Origin: Longimicrobiales bacterium
GTDB taxonomy: Bacteria; Gemmatimonadota; Gemmatimonadetes; Longimicrobiales; Gaopeijiaceae
Reading direction: 5' to 3'
NCBI GenBank assembly: GCA_965202985.1
Contig: CBDBCF010000001.1
Location: 544,001 to 608,000, forward strand
Length of the DNA: 64,000 nucleotides
Part shown: piece by piece, positions 29,600 through 39,690 of the stretch
Layout: each line of letters starts with the position of its first letter
Numbering within the stretch: the stretch's first letter is position 1
The notes under the pieces: generated by a model
What the model was told of the DNA's origin: nothing
The model's database searches: none
Seen by the model: only the letters and a program-made list of their open reading frames with translations
Position numbers and translations under genes: made by a program

Positions 29600-30907
29600 C
29601 TACCTGCACGCCTCCGTTTGCGGCAGCACGCGGGCGAACGCCGGCGCGGCCCCGCCGGTTCCGGGCTCGAAGTATCCCACGTGTTCCAGCATGAAGCGCC
29701 GGATCGCGCGGGCGGCCTTGGCGGCGTAGGCGCGTCGGTTCTCGTGCGTGTCGCGCAGGCCGGCGAAGTGGTGCTCGAGCTGAATGCCGCTGACGAGTTC
29801 GCCGTCGTCCATCGAGCCGTGGCGGCGCGTGCCGTATCCGCCTCGGAAGTAGGCCGTTCCCCTGGGCGAAGGGTCCGCCGGACTGGGAATCGACGGCAAA
29901 CCCTCTTCTTGCAGGAGCCCTCCGAACGACGTGGCGCCGCGTAGTAGTTCGGAGAACGGCAGCGGCGAGTCGCGCCCCAGCTCCCGGATGCTCGTGCAGC
30001 GCACCACGGCCAGCGAGTTGAGCGCGGCGTCGGGCCGGTCGAGCTGCTCGGCGGTCAGCAGGTAGCCCAGCTCGATGCGGTCGATGTCGTGCGCATGGCC
30101 GTGGATGTCCAGGTACAGCCCCTCGCCGGCGGGGTGCCAAACGGCGGTGCGCGCGATTTCGGTGAACTCGTGGAACTCCCGCCAGGCCTGTTCCGCGTAG
30201 GCGTTTCCCTGCGCGGCCTCTTCGATCTCCCGGTTGGGGTCCAGCTTGATCCTGTGCAGGTGCGACAGGACCACGTGCGGCGCGAACCCCGTCAGCTCCA
30301 CAAGCGCGTCGGCCATGGCGACGGCGAGTTCCAACGTGTTGCGGTCGGCGCGGACGACGCCGTAGCTGCGGTCGGGCGTCTCGCGGGGAAGAAGCGTGCC
30401 CCCGTGCGAGGCCGCCAGGATCACGGGCAGCCGGCCGGGCACGTACTCCACGTACCGCCGACGCCCGAAGTAGCGACGACCGGGCTCGTAGCGCGCGACC
30501 CGATCGGGCACGTAGACCTCCACCCGCGCCGTCCCGCGAACACCCTCCGCCTCCGCGGTCACCGTGGTGGCGCCGCTGGAGACGCCCGTGGCTTGGCCGG
30601 CCGCCGCCCCCGCCGTCGCGACCCTCGCCACGTCCGGGTCGGCCACGGACCACTCGACCGCCGCCTGCACGCGCCTCCCCCCGTCGTCCAGCACCACCGC
30701 CTCGAAGCGCGTCGCCGCGCCGGCCCCCACGATCAGCGCCTCCGCCGGCTCCACCTGCACAGACGCCACGACCGGCCCGGCAGCGCCCCCGCTCCCACCG
30801 CCCCCGCCGCACGAGACCACCAAGCAGACGGCGACCAGGCACAGGGCGGCCAAGCACGAGGGAGCCGCGGACCAAGTCCGCCGGTCCGGCCGCCAAGGTT
30901 CGGTCAT
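29600..30907 (-). CDS. Lipoprotein: Ig-like (Big_2) domain + N-formylglutamate amidohydrolase-like domain
   Basis: VVSC lipobox; VEWSVADPDVARV; ASHGG, KLDPNR, LDIHGH, IQLE. Confidence 0.75.
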   Translation of the reverse strand: MTEPWRPDRRTWSAAPSCLAALCLVAVCLVVSCGGGGGSGGAAGPVVASVQVEPAEALIVGAGAATRFEAVVLDDGGRRVQAAVEWSVADPDVARVATAGAAAGQATGVSSGATTVTAEAEGVRGTARVEVYVPDRVARYEPGRRYFGRRRYVEYVPGRLPVILAASHGGTLLPRETPDRSYGVVRADRNTLELAVAMADALVELTGFAPHVVLSHLHRIKLDPNREIEEAAQGNAYAEQAWREFHEFTEIARTAVWHPAGEGLYLDIHGHAHDIDRIELGYLLTAEQLDRPDAALNSLAVVRCTSIRELGRDSPLPFSELLRGATSFGGLLQEEGLPSIPSPADPSPRGTAYFRGGYGTRRHGSMDDGELVSGIQLEHHFAGLRDTHENRRAYAAKAARAIRRFMLEHVGYFEPGTGGAAPAFARVLPQTEACR

Positions 30908-31515
30908 GCCCCCGAGTCTTGCCCGTCCTCCGCGGGGTCTCCCCCCGGCTCCCGCCCCGGCGGATACCAGCAGTCCTCGGTGCGGCTCGTGTCCACCAGC
31001 TGCGTGACCTGCCAACCCGCGTCGGGGGTCTTGTAGAGCTCGAAGGCGTCGGTGCCGCAGTGCGAGAACTCGCCGTCCAGGTAGAAGGCGTACTTGGTCC
31101 ACATCTGGGCCAGCCGCCCGTCCACGTGAACGGCCCAGTCCCAGATCGGCTCTTCCCAGACCTGCTCCTTGTCCCTGCCGATCGCCGACACGATCCCGTC
31201 GGCGGACGAGAAGCTGATGCCGCTGTCGTTGGCGCGTCCCAGCCGGGCCTCGGGGTGGAAAACCGACGCGGCCATCTCGCCGTCGTTGGCGTTCATGGCG
31301 TCGAAGAGCCGCTGGACCACGGCGACCACGGCCGCTTCCTCTTCGGCGGGCGTCTGGGGGGCCGGGTGGGCGGCAAGCTCGGCCGGCGGCAGCGCGACGG
31401 CCAGCGAGTTCTCGACGGACGGCGGCGTCTCGACGGACGGCGAAACCACGGCCGCGCCGGCGACAAGGGCGGTTGCGGCCACGGCCGCGGCAACAGCGAG
31501 CGAGGCAGTCTTCAT
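30904..31515 (-). CDS. Secreted NTF2-like protein
   Basis: Signal peptide; VQRLFDAM, LAQMWTKYAFY...HCGTDAF. Confidence 0.8.
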   Translation of the reverse strand: MKTASLAVAAAVAATALVAGAAVVSPSVETPPSVENSLAVALPPAELAAHPAPQTPAEEEAAVVAVVQRLFDAMNANDGEMAASVFHPEARLGRANDSGISFSSADGIVSAIGRDKEQVWEEPIWDWAVHVDGRLAQMWTKYAFYLDGEFSHCGTDAFELYKTPDAGWQVTQLVDTSRTEDCWYPPGREPGGDPAEDGQDSGA

Positions 31516-31689
31516 TGGGCGGAATCTCCTTGTTGTCCTTGGGGATGAGCGCCGCGAACGGGCCAGTCCGGCCCAGCCGGAGCAGCGGTCGCTCGGGAAG
31601 ACTCATTATAGCGAGGGAACATTTTCGGTCGAGCTGGGTATAACCGTCATGGGGGGCGGCGTGCCGCCCCATCGGTACCCCACTCCAAC

Positions 31690-32256
31690 ATGGAGATCAC
31701 GACCATGGAGAACACCGACATCGACAGCCGACCCGACGCCGCCTGGGAGGTCCTGGGCACCTTGGTCCGCCGGCACAACCCGGTGCTGATCCGCGTCGCC
31801 CAGTCCTTCGCCGGCCCCAGCGTCGAAGCGGAGGACATCGTTCAAGAGGCGCTGATCGTCGCACACAACAGCTTCGGCGAACTCCGGAACACGGACAATC
31901 CGCTGCCCTGGCTCAAGAAGATCGTCAGGAACACGGGCCTGGAAGTCTCCAGAAAGCGGAAGCGCCGCGCGGAAGCCCGGAAGAAATGGGCGGCGAAGGC
32001 GGGGCCGACCCAGATCGGGGAACGGTGCTCGATTCCGAAGGAACTCCTCAAGATCGCCCTCTGGCGCACCGTGGAGGCCCTTCCCGAACTCCAGCGGACG
32101 GTTGTTCTGCTGCGGGTTCGCGAGGGCATGACGATCGCCGAGATCGCCGAACGCATCGACCGGTCCCCCGGCACGGTCAAGGCCAGCCTCCACCGTGCGC
32201 GCGCGACGCTGCGCGCTGAACTGGGGGAAGACTTCCAGCTTTCGGCTGGGACGTAA
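31690..32256 (+). CDS. ECF-type RNA polymerase sigma factor
   Basis: Region 2 AEDIVQEA/WLKKIVRN; region 4 LPELQRTVVLLR..EIAERI..GTVKASLHRAR. Confidence 0.9.
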   Translation: MEITTMENTDIDSRPDAAWEVLGTLVRRHNPVLIRVAQSFAGPSVEAEDIVQEALIVAHNSFGELRNTDNPLPWLKKIVRNTGLEVSRKRKRRAEARKKWAAKAGPTQIGERCSIPKELLKIALWRTVEALPELQRTVVLLRVREGMTIAEIAERIDRSPGTVKASLHRARATLRAELGEDFQLSAGT

Positions 32257-32313
32257 ACCAAAACTCCCCTTCGTCCCATCTACTGGGTAACCGTGGCGGG
32301 AGACGATGGCTCC
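32253..32313 (+). promoter_or_regulatory. Conserved cassette leader, copy 1: GTAAACC-N17-CATCTA (putative ECF promoter)
   Basis: Repeated at 34740 and 43617; -35-like box contains the ECF stop codon. Confidence 0.7.
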
Positions 32314-32353
32314 CTCCTCGGCAGTTTACCCTCCCTAATCCAAGGAGTCACTT

Positions 32354-32575
32354 ATGGAATCCATCAAGAAGCTGGGCGTTGTGCTGGCGCTGGCCGTGCT
32401 GAGCCTCCTGGCCGCACCGACCATGCCCGCCGAGCCCCTCGGCAGCGCGGTCGAGACGGAGCTAGCGGCCGCCAACGACGTGTGGCGGGCTTACTACGTC
32501 CAGCCCGGGGTCTTTCTCTGCATCCTTGCCGTCTGCTACGACGGTTGGTGCTGCGAGATAATACCGCCTGCCTAA
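32354..32575 (+). CDS. Secreted Cys-rich peptide A1 (C-x4-C-x4-CC-EI-x-P)
   Basis: AAGGAG RBS; signal peptide; paralog at 34837. Confidence 0.85.
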   Translation: MESIKKLGVVLALAVLSLLAAPTMPAEPLGSAVETELAAANDVWRAYYVQPGVFLCILAVCYDGWCCEIIPPA

Positions 32576-32621
32576 GGTCTCAACGACCTGGGATGGCGAA
32601 GCCGTAGCGTCGCCCCGGCCG

Positions 32622-32660
32622 AGGCCGGGCTCCGGACAAGATCGAGCCGGGGCCCGGCCA
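32622..32660 (+). other. GC-rich hairpin between peptide and propeller genes
   Basis: ggccgggctccgg...ccggggcccggcc; homologous copy at 45265..45309. Confidence 0.6.
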
Positions 32661-32691
32661 AGTCGACTCACTAGACGGTGGAGCGTAAGTT

Positions 32692-33735
32692 ATGTTGACG
32701 AACCGGAGTCTCCAGGACCCGTTGCTGTCGATGTTGGTGCTCGTCGTTGCTTCATCCGCATGCGTAGACGACGCCCGCCACCCCCGGCCAGCGTCGTTTC
32801 CATTCTCGCCCGACGCCGCCGTCGCCGAATTCTCGGACATGTTCGAGGTCGTGGACTCGCTGGTCTTGGAGGAAAACGACAGCACGTTGGTGGGCCTGCC
32901 GATCGTTAGCTTCGACGGTGCCCACTTCGTGACGGCGGACATGTACTCGCATCAAGTACGTGTCTATACGAAGAGAGGGGAACTCGTCTCGTCGACAGGA
33001 AGTCGAGGAGAGGGCCCCGGGCAGTTTCGTAGTCCGGTATCGGCCCGGCGAACACGGGAAGGCGGTATTCTCGTGACCGACCCCGGGACGTGGCGATCAA
33101 CGCATTACAGATCCGATGCTTTGCGAAATCCCGAGGTCACTCCGCTTCCGGCGTCGATCGTGACGTTTGATCAGATTGATCTGGGCGACGAGCGTACCCT
33201 GTTGCTCGGGCCGAACCTCACCACATCACTTGACAGCGTCGGGCGCACTCTCCACATTTGGAATGCCAATTCCGCAGAGATTGACGTCAGCTTTTTCTCC
33301 AACCCGTTTCCACAGCACTTGGCAGAGGCCGCGGCATTTTATGCCACCGTAGAGGCAGAGGTCGCCGAGGACACGATATGGGCAGCGGCGGCACTTTCGG
33401 ACAGTGTGTATGCATTTGACCTGGACGGCGCTCAGATCAAGGCGATTCCGTTGCCGTTGAGCGAACAGGCTAGCTCGATGGAGCTTCTCTGGGTCATCAA
33501 CGCCATGTACCTCCTTCACGACGGCGACATCGCAATATGGCTAAGTTGGACAACGGCGCCCCAGACGCAGGAGGTGACGCACTACCTTGCGATCGTGGAC
33601 CGCCACGGCGAACCGACGGCCTTGCTTCGCGATACGCCCAAACTGTACGTCGTGGCAGACGACCTGTTCTACTTCCAGAATCCGAACCACCTCGAGCCCA
33701 CGCAGTGGATCGCGGCACGTCGGAGGAATTCATAA
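32692..33735 (+). CDS. 6-bladed beta-propeller lipoprotein P1
   Basis: SSAC lipobox; GSRGEGPGQF; DTIWA; paralogs at 35175 and 45370. Confidence 0.85.
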   Translation: MLTNRSLQDPLLSMLVLVVASSACVDDARHPRPASFPFSPDAAVAEFSDMFEVVDSLVLEENDSTLVGLPIVSFDGAHFVTADMYSHQVRVYTKRGELVSSTGSRGEGPGQFRSPVSARRTREGGILVTDPGTWRSTHYRSDALRNPEVTPLPASIVTFDQIDLGDERTLLLGPNLTTSLDSVGRTLHIWNANSAEIDVSFFSNPFPQHLAEAAAFYATVEAEVAEDTIWAAAALSDSVYAFDLDGAQIKAIPLPLSEQASSMELLWVINAMYLLHDGDIAIWLSWTTAPQTQEVTHYLAIVDRHGEPTALLRDTPKLYVVADDLFYFQNPNHLEPTQWIAARRRNS

Positions 33736-34272
33736 GTGACGACGGCCACTCGGCGATTTGCCAGGTTGGTCGCCCACGGGGTCGGGGCGATTTCCGTGGC
33801 GGTGGCATCCATGGCTGGGTGTAGGGCCGACTCGGAAAGAACGTTGCCGCTGACCGTCGGCGATTCTGCACCCTCTATCGGACTTTCTGATTCCATCCCG
33901 GGGCTGATCTGGGTGTTCCGCAAAGAGTCCTGCCTGGGATGCGGCTTGGGGTCTGCGGCATCGGAGATGGCGCTGGTCAGCCGCCGACTCAGTGGTCGCG
34001 TGGAAATTCTTGCGGTGGCCGTAGGCGCCGAGACGAACGCGGACCGCAGGTTGGTGGAGGCATTCCTGCAACGCCGCCGGGTCCGCACGACCGTCGTACC
34101 GATCAGCGCCCGGAGCCACGCCAGCATCTTTGGGAATGCGCCGATTCCGTCCCTGTACCTGACTCATGAGGGGCGGGTCCAGATGGTGCTGGACTTGGGC
34201 CACGAAGAGGCGCTGGATAGCCAGTTCGTCCGCTTGGACAGCGTCCTGGATATCCTGCTTCCACGGCCCTAG
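33736..34272 (+). CDS. Exported thioredoxin-fold protein (CLGC)
   Basis: VGDSAP, WVFRKESCLGC, cis-Pro-like APIPSLYL; starts immediately after P1 stop. Confidence 0.7.
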   Translation: MTTATRRFARLVAHGVGAISVAVASMAGCRADSERTLPLTVGDSAPSIGLSDSIPGLIWVFRKESCLGCGLGSAASEMALVSRRLSGRVEILAVAVGAETNADRRLVEAFLQRRRVRTTVVPISARSHASIFGNAPIPSLYLTHEGRVQMVLDLGHEEALDSQFVRLDSVLDILLPRP

Positions 34273-34508
34273 CCCGGACTAGGAACGTGTAGTCCATAGC
34301 CGATCGGTGGGGGACGCCGAGATGAACACCGGGCGATTTTGGGCGTCGGAGGGCGTACAACGGCAGTGAGAGGCTGGATCCGAGCGAAAAATAGGGCGCG
34401 TAGGCCGTGCGGATCGCCCGCTTCTCCCCAATTTGCCCACCACTACACCTTCCAGACAAAGGGCGCGGGCTTATGCCCTACGGGCTCCTAGCCCGGATCT
34501 CTCACAAG

Positions 34509-34545
<37 letters not shown>

Positions 34546-34739
34546 TTCCGGGACGACCGGGACCCAAGCCGCGTCTAGCCGACTTGGGCGTTCTCGAGCC
34601 GGTTCAGCGTTGGCCTTGACCGCCAGGACGGCGCATCCCTTGCGCAGGGCGGGAGCGTCGTCAACACCTGCGACGCACAGCCGGGACTCGCGGGCGGCAC
34701 GGCACAGGCACGGTTGGCTCGGGCCCCGAACTGGCTCCC

Positions 34740-34798
34740 GTAAACCAAATCGACCTTCGTCCCATCTATTGGGCAACCGTGGCGGGGACGATGGCTCC
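34740..34798 (+). promoter_or_regulatory. Conserved cassette leader, copy 2: GTAAACC-N16-CATCTA
   Basis: Aligns with 32253..32313 including aaccgtggcggg.gacgatggctcc. Confidence 0.7.
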
Positions 34799-34836
34799 GG
34801 TCTCGGTTCCAACCTTCCTCAACACAAGGAGGACAC

Positions 34837-35053
34837 AAGAACACCATCAAGAAGCTAGCAGTCGGGCTGGTCCTGGCCGTAGCGTGCCTCCTGGCCGCTC
34901 CCGCCGTGCCCGTCGAGCCCATCAGCGACGCGGTGGAGACGGAGCTGGAGGCCAGCAGCCGGCGGTACCAGGCCCAACAGTTCTCGGACGTCATTAGTCT
35001 GCCACCCCAAGCCGTGCTCGGGTGGACTGTGTTGCGAGATCTCGCCCTTCTAG
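34837..35053 (+). pseudogene. Secreted Cys-rich peptide A2 (start AAG instead of ATG; frameshift at about 34990)
   Basis: AGGAGG RBS; (K)NTIKKLAVGLVLAVACLLAAPAVPVEPISDAVETELEA.. then shifted frame SLVCHPKPCSGGLCCEISPF*. Confidence 0.85.
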
Positions 35054-35174
35054 GCTAGGATAAGAGTCCTTAGCAACGGGCGAAACACGCAGCACGCCAG
35101 AACCACTTTGGGGGGCTCGTCCTTCGACGCGCTTTTGCCAGGCAACGAGGGGCGGGCCTCCCAAGAGCTCGCTC

Positions 35175-36254
35175 ATGCAAGTAAATCTCTCACAAACCAA
35201 CACTAGGACACATTCCATGTGCCGTCGCGCCTCTGGTTTCGCTTCCGTCTTCGTCTTGGCGATTATCCACGCCGCATGCGGCGGGACCGCTCCATCCGAG
35301 CTTCCCGCTTCGTATCCGTTTGCTCCCGACGCCGGACCGCTCTCGGCGTTCTCAGACGTCTTCGAGGTCGTGGATTCCCTAGAGCTCGAGGAAAACGACA
35401 GCGTGGTCGTTGCTACGCCCGTGATCAGCTTCGACGGAGACCGCTTCCTCATGGCTGACGTGTACTCCTTCCAGGTCCGTGAGTACGCTGTAGACGGCTC
35501 GCTCCTGTTCGCCGCGGGACGGAGGGGCAGTGGACCGGGCGAGTACCTTGCCCCGATGCGTGCCAGCCGTGCCCTGGACGGTGGGATTCTGGTTATCGAC
35601 GGGCCCGCCATGCGATCCACCTACTACCCTCCCAGCGCTCCGCGCGACCCTAGGACCGAGGAGCTGCCGTTCTTTGCCTACAAGCAGATCGAACTGAGCA
35701 TGGACCGGCGGCTTGTGGCCGGAAGCGCGCTATCGCACACGCCGGGGCAGCCGACGCCCATGTTGCACATATGGAACGTTCGCACCGGGGATTTGGAACG
35801 AAGCTTCCTGACCGACCCCTTTCCAAAGCATCTCGAGTCCATAGCCATGTCGAAAGCAGCCGTGGACGTGATGGTGCGCAGGGACACGATCTGGGCTGTT
35901 TCCGCGTTGTCGGACAGTGTCCATGCCTTCGGGATGGACGGCTCCAGGATTGGCACTATTCCTTTACCGCTTGTTCACCTCTCGGATCAGGAGCGGCCCA
36001 ATTTGATCTGGGACATCACGCAACTGCATCTCCTCGGAGAGGACGAAATCTTGGTCGAGCTGGGCTATGGCGATCGAACAACGGGAGACTTCAAGAAGTA
36101 CGTCGCAATTGTAGATCGCAAGGGCAACCCGAGAGCCATGCTTTCCGACACCCCAACGCTACGTGTGGTAGCGGACGACCTGTTTTACTTCCAGAACCCG
36201 GGCCACTTGGAGCCGAATCGATGGGTCGTGGCTCGACGAAAGGACCAGTCGTGA
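35175..36254 (+). CDS. 6-bladed beta-propeller lipoprotein P2
   Basis: HAAC lipobox; FEVVDSLELEENDS; GRRGSGPGEY; paralog of P1; start may be 35217. Confidence 0.85.
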   Translation: MQVNLSQTNTRTHSMCRRASGFASVFVLAIIHAACGGTAPSELPASYPFAPDAGPLSAFSDVFEVVDSLELEENDSVVVATPVISFDGDRFLMADVYSFQVREYAVDGSLLFAAGRRGSGPGEYLAPMRASRALDGGILVIDGPAMRSTYYPPSAPRDPRTEELPFFAYKQIELSMDRRLVAGSALSHTPGQPTPMLHIWNVRTGDLERSFLTDPFPKHLESIAMSKAAVDVMVRRDTIWAVSALSDSVHAFGMDGSRIGTIPLPLVHLSDQERPNLIWDITQLHLLGEDEILVELGYGDRTTGDFKKYVAIVDRKGNPRAMLSDTPTLRVVADDLFYFQNPGHLEPNRWVVARRKDQS

Positions 36255-37380
36255 CGACCCTGCTCCTGGTCGTCCCGTTGGCTTCCGTCGTCGCGGGCGG
36301 CGAGCCGGTCCGGGCACAGCAGTCCGTCGGACCCGCTTTGATCTTGGAAGACAGCGTGGTTCTCCAGGAGACACGGGACGCGTACGTCGGTCAGCCGGTT
36401 GAGATGTTTCTGGGCAACGACGGCTCGCTGTTCGTCGTCGACGGGTTCTCGAACAGCGTGGTGCGCTTCGACCAATCGGGGCGGCTGGTCGGTACCTACG
36501 GACGGCAGGGCCAAGGCCCGGGCGAGTTTTCCTACATCGGCTTCGGCGGGTTCGCCCAAGAGATCCTGGGAGTCGTCGACGGTCGGCCTCCGCGGCAGGA
36601 AATCGAGTTCTTCGACGTGGAGTCCGGCCGCCACTTGGGGAGGGCCGCGACGTCCGACATGGTGACGGCCGTGACAGCCCACGGGGGGAAGCTCTGGGTG
36701 GGAGGCGTGAATACCGACGAATGGAAGGGCTTGGGGGTCAAGCCCCTCCGTGCCCTGCCGGGCGGCGAGATTCGCTGGACCGCGTCCCGATTCCCAAGCC
36801 GTACTCGGAGAGCCAACTGCTTCTGTGGATTGGCGGAAGCGCTCGGTTGCATGCCGGCAACGCGGACCTCCTTGTCGGATACATGGCAAGTCCGTTTCTA
36901 ATGCGCGTCGACCCCAAAGGAGACGTGCTCGACACGATACCGCTCATAGCCGGTAAGCGCCGCGGCGTGCCCGCCGAAGACAAGCTGCTCGACATGGCGA
37001 ACAGCCATCAGGCCGGCAAAACGACCTACGAAGAGATATTCAGCGCTTGGTCGTCGCTGATGAACCTGTCCAGAAACGACGGCTTCGTCTTCACCGTTCA
37101 CCAGGACAGCGAGCTGCACGGCCAGCAGGTTGCCGGCAAGCTCTACGTGAGCAGCCTGCGCGAAGACGGCACGAAACAGTGTCCCGACACGCCGGTGCCC
37201 ACCTCGGACGTGGGGCGGCCCGTCGCGGCGTTTCGGGGTGCCAACCTCTTCGTCCTGGACCAGCGGATCGACGCCGGCGAGCCAGATCGCGCTCAGACCG
37301 TCGTGCGAAGGTTCACGGTCGATCCCACCGAGTGCACGGGCGAAGTCAGGGGCGGCGAGCGGGCTCGACGAGCAGGTTGA
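36251..37380 (+). pseudogene. 6-bladed beta-propeller protein P3, frameshifted near 36770
   Basis: Signal peptide and GRQGQGPGEF in one frame; DSLDRVPIPKPY... continues in another frame. Confidence 0.75.
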
Positions 37381-37403
37381 CGACCAGCCGCACCATCCGG
37401 TCC
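37345..37403. repeat. 59-bp direct repeat, copy 1 (3' end of Fic gene)
   Basis: 58/59 identical to 38759..38817. Confidence 0.95.
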
Positions 37404-37757
37404 ACCTCCGGCGGCAACGCGCGTTGGCGTCGCAGGGAACTTGACCGACCGCTCATTGTCTGCCAACATCCCGAGGTTCAACCATGCGTGCACTCTCGAC
37501 TACGGATTCACAATGGGAGCCTCGAACACTCGCGCTCATGACGTCGCGACTCGCACCTCCGTCACCGGAGGCATGGCGGCCGACGGGGTCCTTGCGGCGC
37601 CGGTCGTTGGTGGAATGCGCGACGAGAGCCGAATGTGCGTCTGGGCGGCGAGCGAGGTAAAGGCGGGGCGTCGTCGGCAGTCGACTGAACATGAGCAGTC
37701 GGAATCTGGTCGAAGAGCGGCACGACAAAGGGCCTGCGCACACGTAGGCGGGAGCCC

Positions 37758-38690
37758 ATGACTTCGCTCTATGACGACAGCTTGGCTCGGCCGTACTACA
37801 CGAAGGTGGCGCACGAGAAGGTGGACAGGGCGAACTTCGAGGATAAAGATGAGGTCATATTCTCTTTACTGGGGATAGGACTGGCCGCTATCGTGGGTGC
37901 GGCAACGCTTAAGGGACTGAATCCTGTTGTGTCCTTGGTTATCTTGTCTCCGTTTGCTTTGCTTACGGGGCTGGCGATCCGTCGCAGAGTGCGTAATCGT
38001 CTCAGCACCGAGCGGGATCGACGCATTGACCGCATTGTCCGCGATGGCGTCGCGGCGTATCAGGCCGGAGACGAGGACGCCGTGTCTGCGGTGCACGATT
38101 TTACCCTTCGGTTGTTGCGCAGGCGGGTGGAAGAGCAACGGAAGCAGACCCTGGGACCCTCGTCGGAGTGGGAGCTTGCGCGTGCACCGCTAGCGACGGC
38201 GCTGGACGACGTGGAGGTCGAGGTCGCCTACTGGGACGAGCGGATTCGGGAAGAGCCGAACAGCGAGCTGGCTTCGCTTCAGCTCCAGACGGCCCGCAAG
38301 CTGGAGGCCAAGCTGCGTTCGGCGCTGGGCAAGGTAGACGGCCGGGCTGAGGTGCTGCGCCAGTTCTACCACCGTTGCGAGGCCAAGCTCGCCGTCATGG
38401 ACCGCAGCAACACCGACCTGACGAAGGTCAAGCGACTGGAGGAGCTGTCGGTAAGGGCCGATTCGGCTATTGCGCACGCCCAGGGAACCGTCGAAGCACT
38501 GGCCCAGCACTTCCTGACGGAGGCGCAAAACATCGCCAGCGCGCTGGGAAGTGCGGACCATTCTCAGTTGAGTATGCTGGCCGGGGCCGCGCCCGTCGAC
38601 AACATCGAGTTCCTGGCCGACAAGATCCACGAGAGGTCGGAACGCAATCGGAGTACTATCCGGCAACTGGAGAAGGCGCTGGACGAATAG
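37758..38690 (+). CDS. Hypothetical membrane protein, paralog of 14997..15932
   Basis: Shared MTSL..DSLA..YYTKVAHE N-terminus and near-identical coiled-coil C-terminus. Confidence 0.8.
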   Translation: MTSLYDDSLARPYYTKVAHEKVDRANFEDKDEVIFSLLGIGLAAIVGAATLKGLNPVVSLVILSPFALLTGLAIRRRVRNRLSTERDRRIDRIVRDGVAAYQAGDEDAVSAVHDFTLRLLRRRVEEQRKQTLGPSSEWELARAPLATALDDVEVEVAYWDERIREEPNSELASLQLQTARKLEAKLRSALGKVDGRAEVLRQFYHRCEAKLAVMDRSNTDLTKVKRLEELSVRADSAIAHAQGTVEALAQHFLTEAQNIASALGSADHSQLSMLAGAAPVDNIEFLADKIHERSERNRSTIRQLEKALDE

Positions 38691-38758
38691 CGACGCGCGT
38701 CCGACGAACAGCGAAGCGTCCCCGCGGGTCCGAACGGCGGGCGAGGCGAAAGCGAAGC

Positions 38759-38817
38759 GTCAGGGGCGGCGGGCGGGCTCGACGAGCAGGTTGACGACCA
38801 GCCGCACCATCCGGTCC
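38759..38817. repeat. 59-bp direct repeat, copy 2
   Basis: Matches 37345..37403. Confidence 0.95.
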
Positions 38818-39299
38818 TTCTCGGCGGGCGCACTCTCGGCGACGAGCAGGGTGAGCGTCGTCAACGCTTGCGGCGTGATGTCGCGCCCGATGCCCTCCTG
38901 CTTCAAGTAGATCAGGAAGAGAAGCGAGGCGATGCGCTTGTTGCCGTCGCTGAAGGGATGGTCCTTTACCACGAAGTAGAGAAGGTGGGCCGCCTTCTCC
39001 TCTCGCGAACGATACAGCGGCTCGCCGAACATCGTCTGCTCGATGGCGCCCAGGATGCCGGCAAGCGCATCGTTCCGCGCCCTGCCGAAGAGCGGCGACG
39101 CCTCGCCCCTCGCGATCAGCTCCCGTTTGAGTTCGGCGACGGCGCGGTTGGCGGCGTCGGGCGTGAGGACCTTGCGCGACGGGCATGCGTCGCTGGGGAC
39201 TTCGAGTTCGCCCTCGTCGTACTTGGCGAGCAGACGCCACGTCTCGGCGTAGTCGGCGATGAGCCCCGCCGACGTGGAATCGGTCGCCCCTTCGCTCAC
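38760..39299 (-). CDS. Fic/DOC family protein (C-terminal half of RhuM/Fic/DOC type)
   Basis: HPFSDGNKRIA Fic motif; GTG start overlaps VapC stop. Confidence 0.88.
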   Translation of the reverse strand: MSEGATDSTSAGLIADYAETWRLLAKYDEGELEVPSDACPSRKVLTPDAANRAVAELKRELIARGEASPLFGRARNDALAGILGAIEQTMFGEPLYRSREEKAAHLLYFVVKDHPFSDGNKRIASLLFLIYLKQEGIGRDITPQALTTLTLLVAESAPAEKDRMVRLVVNLLVEPARRP

Positions 39300-39688
39300 T
39301 TGCCCACGACTTCCACGGTCACGCCGCGCAGCTTGAGGCCGGTCCAGCGGGGGTCGGCGGTCAGCGCGGGCAGGTCCAGCCGCCGAGCCGTGGCCAGACA
39401 GGCCCATGCGCCCATGGTCAAGCCCAGTCGCCGGGTCTTCCGCTCGTAGGCGCCCGCCAGCAGCGCGGTCTCGGCGTCCAGGGGCACGGTCTCGATGCCC
39501 AGCTCCGTCACCACGTCGGCCACTTCCCCCGCCGTCCAGCCGTCCCTCCGGAGAAAGCCGGCGACTTCGGCGACGTTCACCGTGGAGATCGACGCCCCCC
39601 GCTTGAGCGCCTCCTCGACCCGTCCGGCGCCCGGCTCGTCAAAGACGGCAGTCAAGAGGGCCGAAGCGTCCAACACGAAGCGGCCCAT
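39296..39688 (-). CDS. vapC: VapC/PIN-domain toxin
   Basis: VLDASALL, ISTVNVAEV, CLATA, LTAD. Confidence 0.88.
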   Translation of the reverse strand: MGRFVLDASALLTAVFDEPGAGRVEEALKRGASISTVNVAEVAGFLRRDGWTAGEVADVVTELGIETVPLDAETALLAGAYERKTRRLGLTMGAWACLATARRLDLPALTADPRWTGLKLRGVTVEVVGK

Positions 39689-39690
39689 CG

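Noticed and set aside
37436..37463. GGAAC-type sigmaE-like boxes (also near 28137 and 31616)
   Set aside because: Short matches with inconsistent -10 and spacing; insufficient support
37441..37761. Small ORFs upstream of the 37758 gene
   Set aside because: No RBS, motif or homology support in any frame
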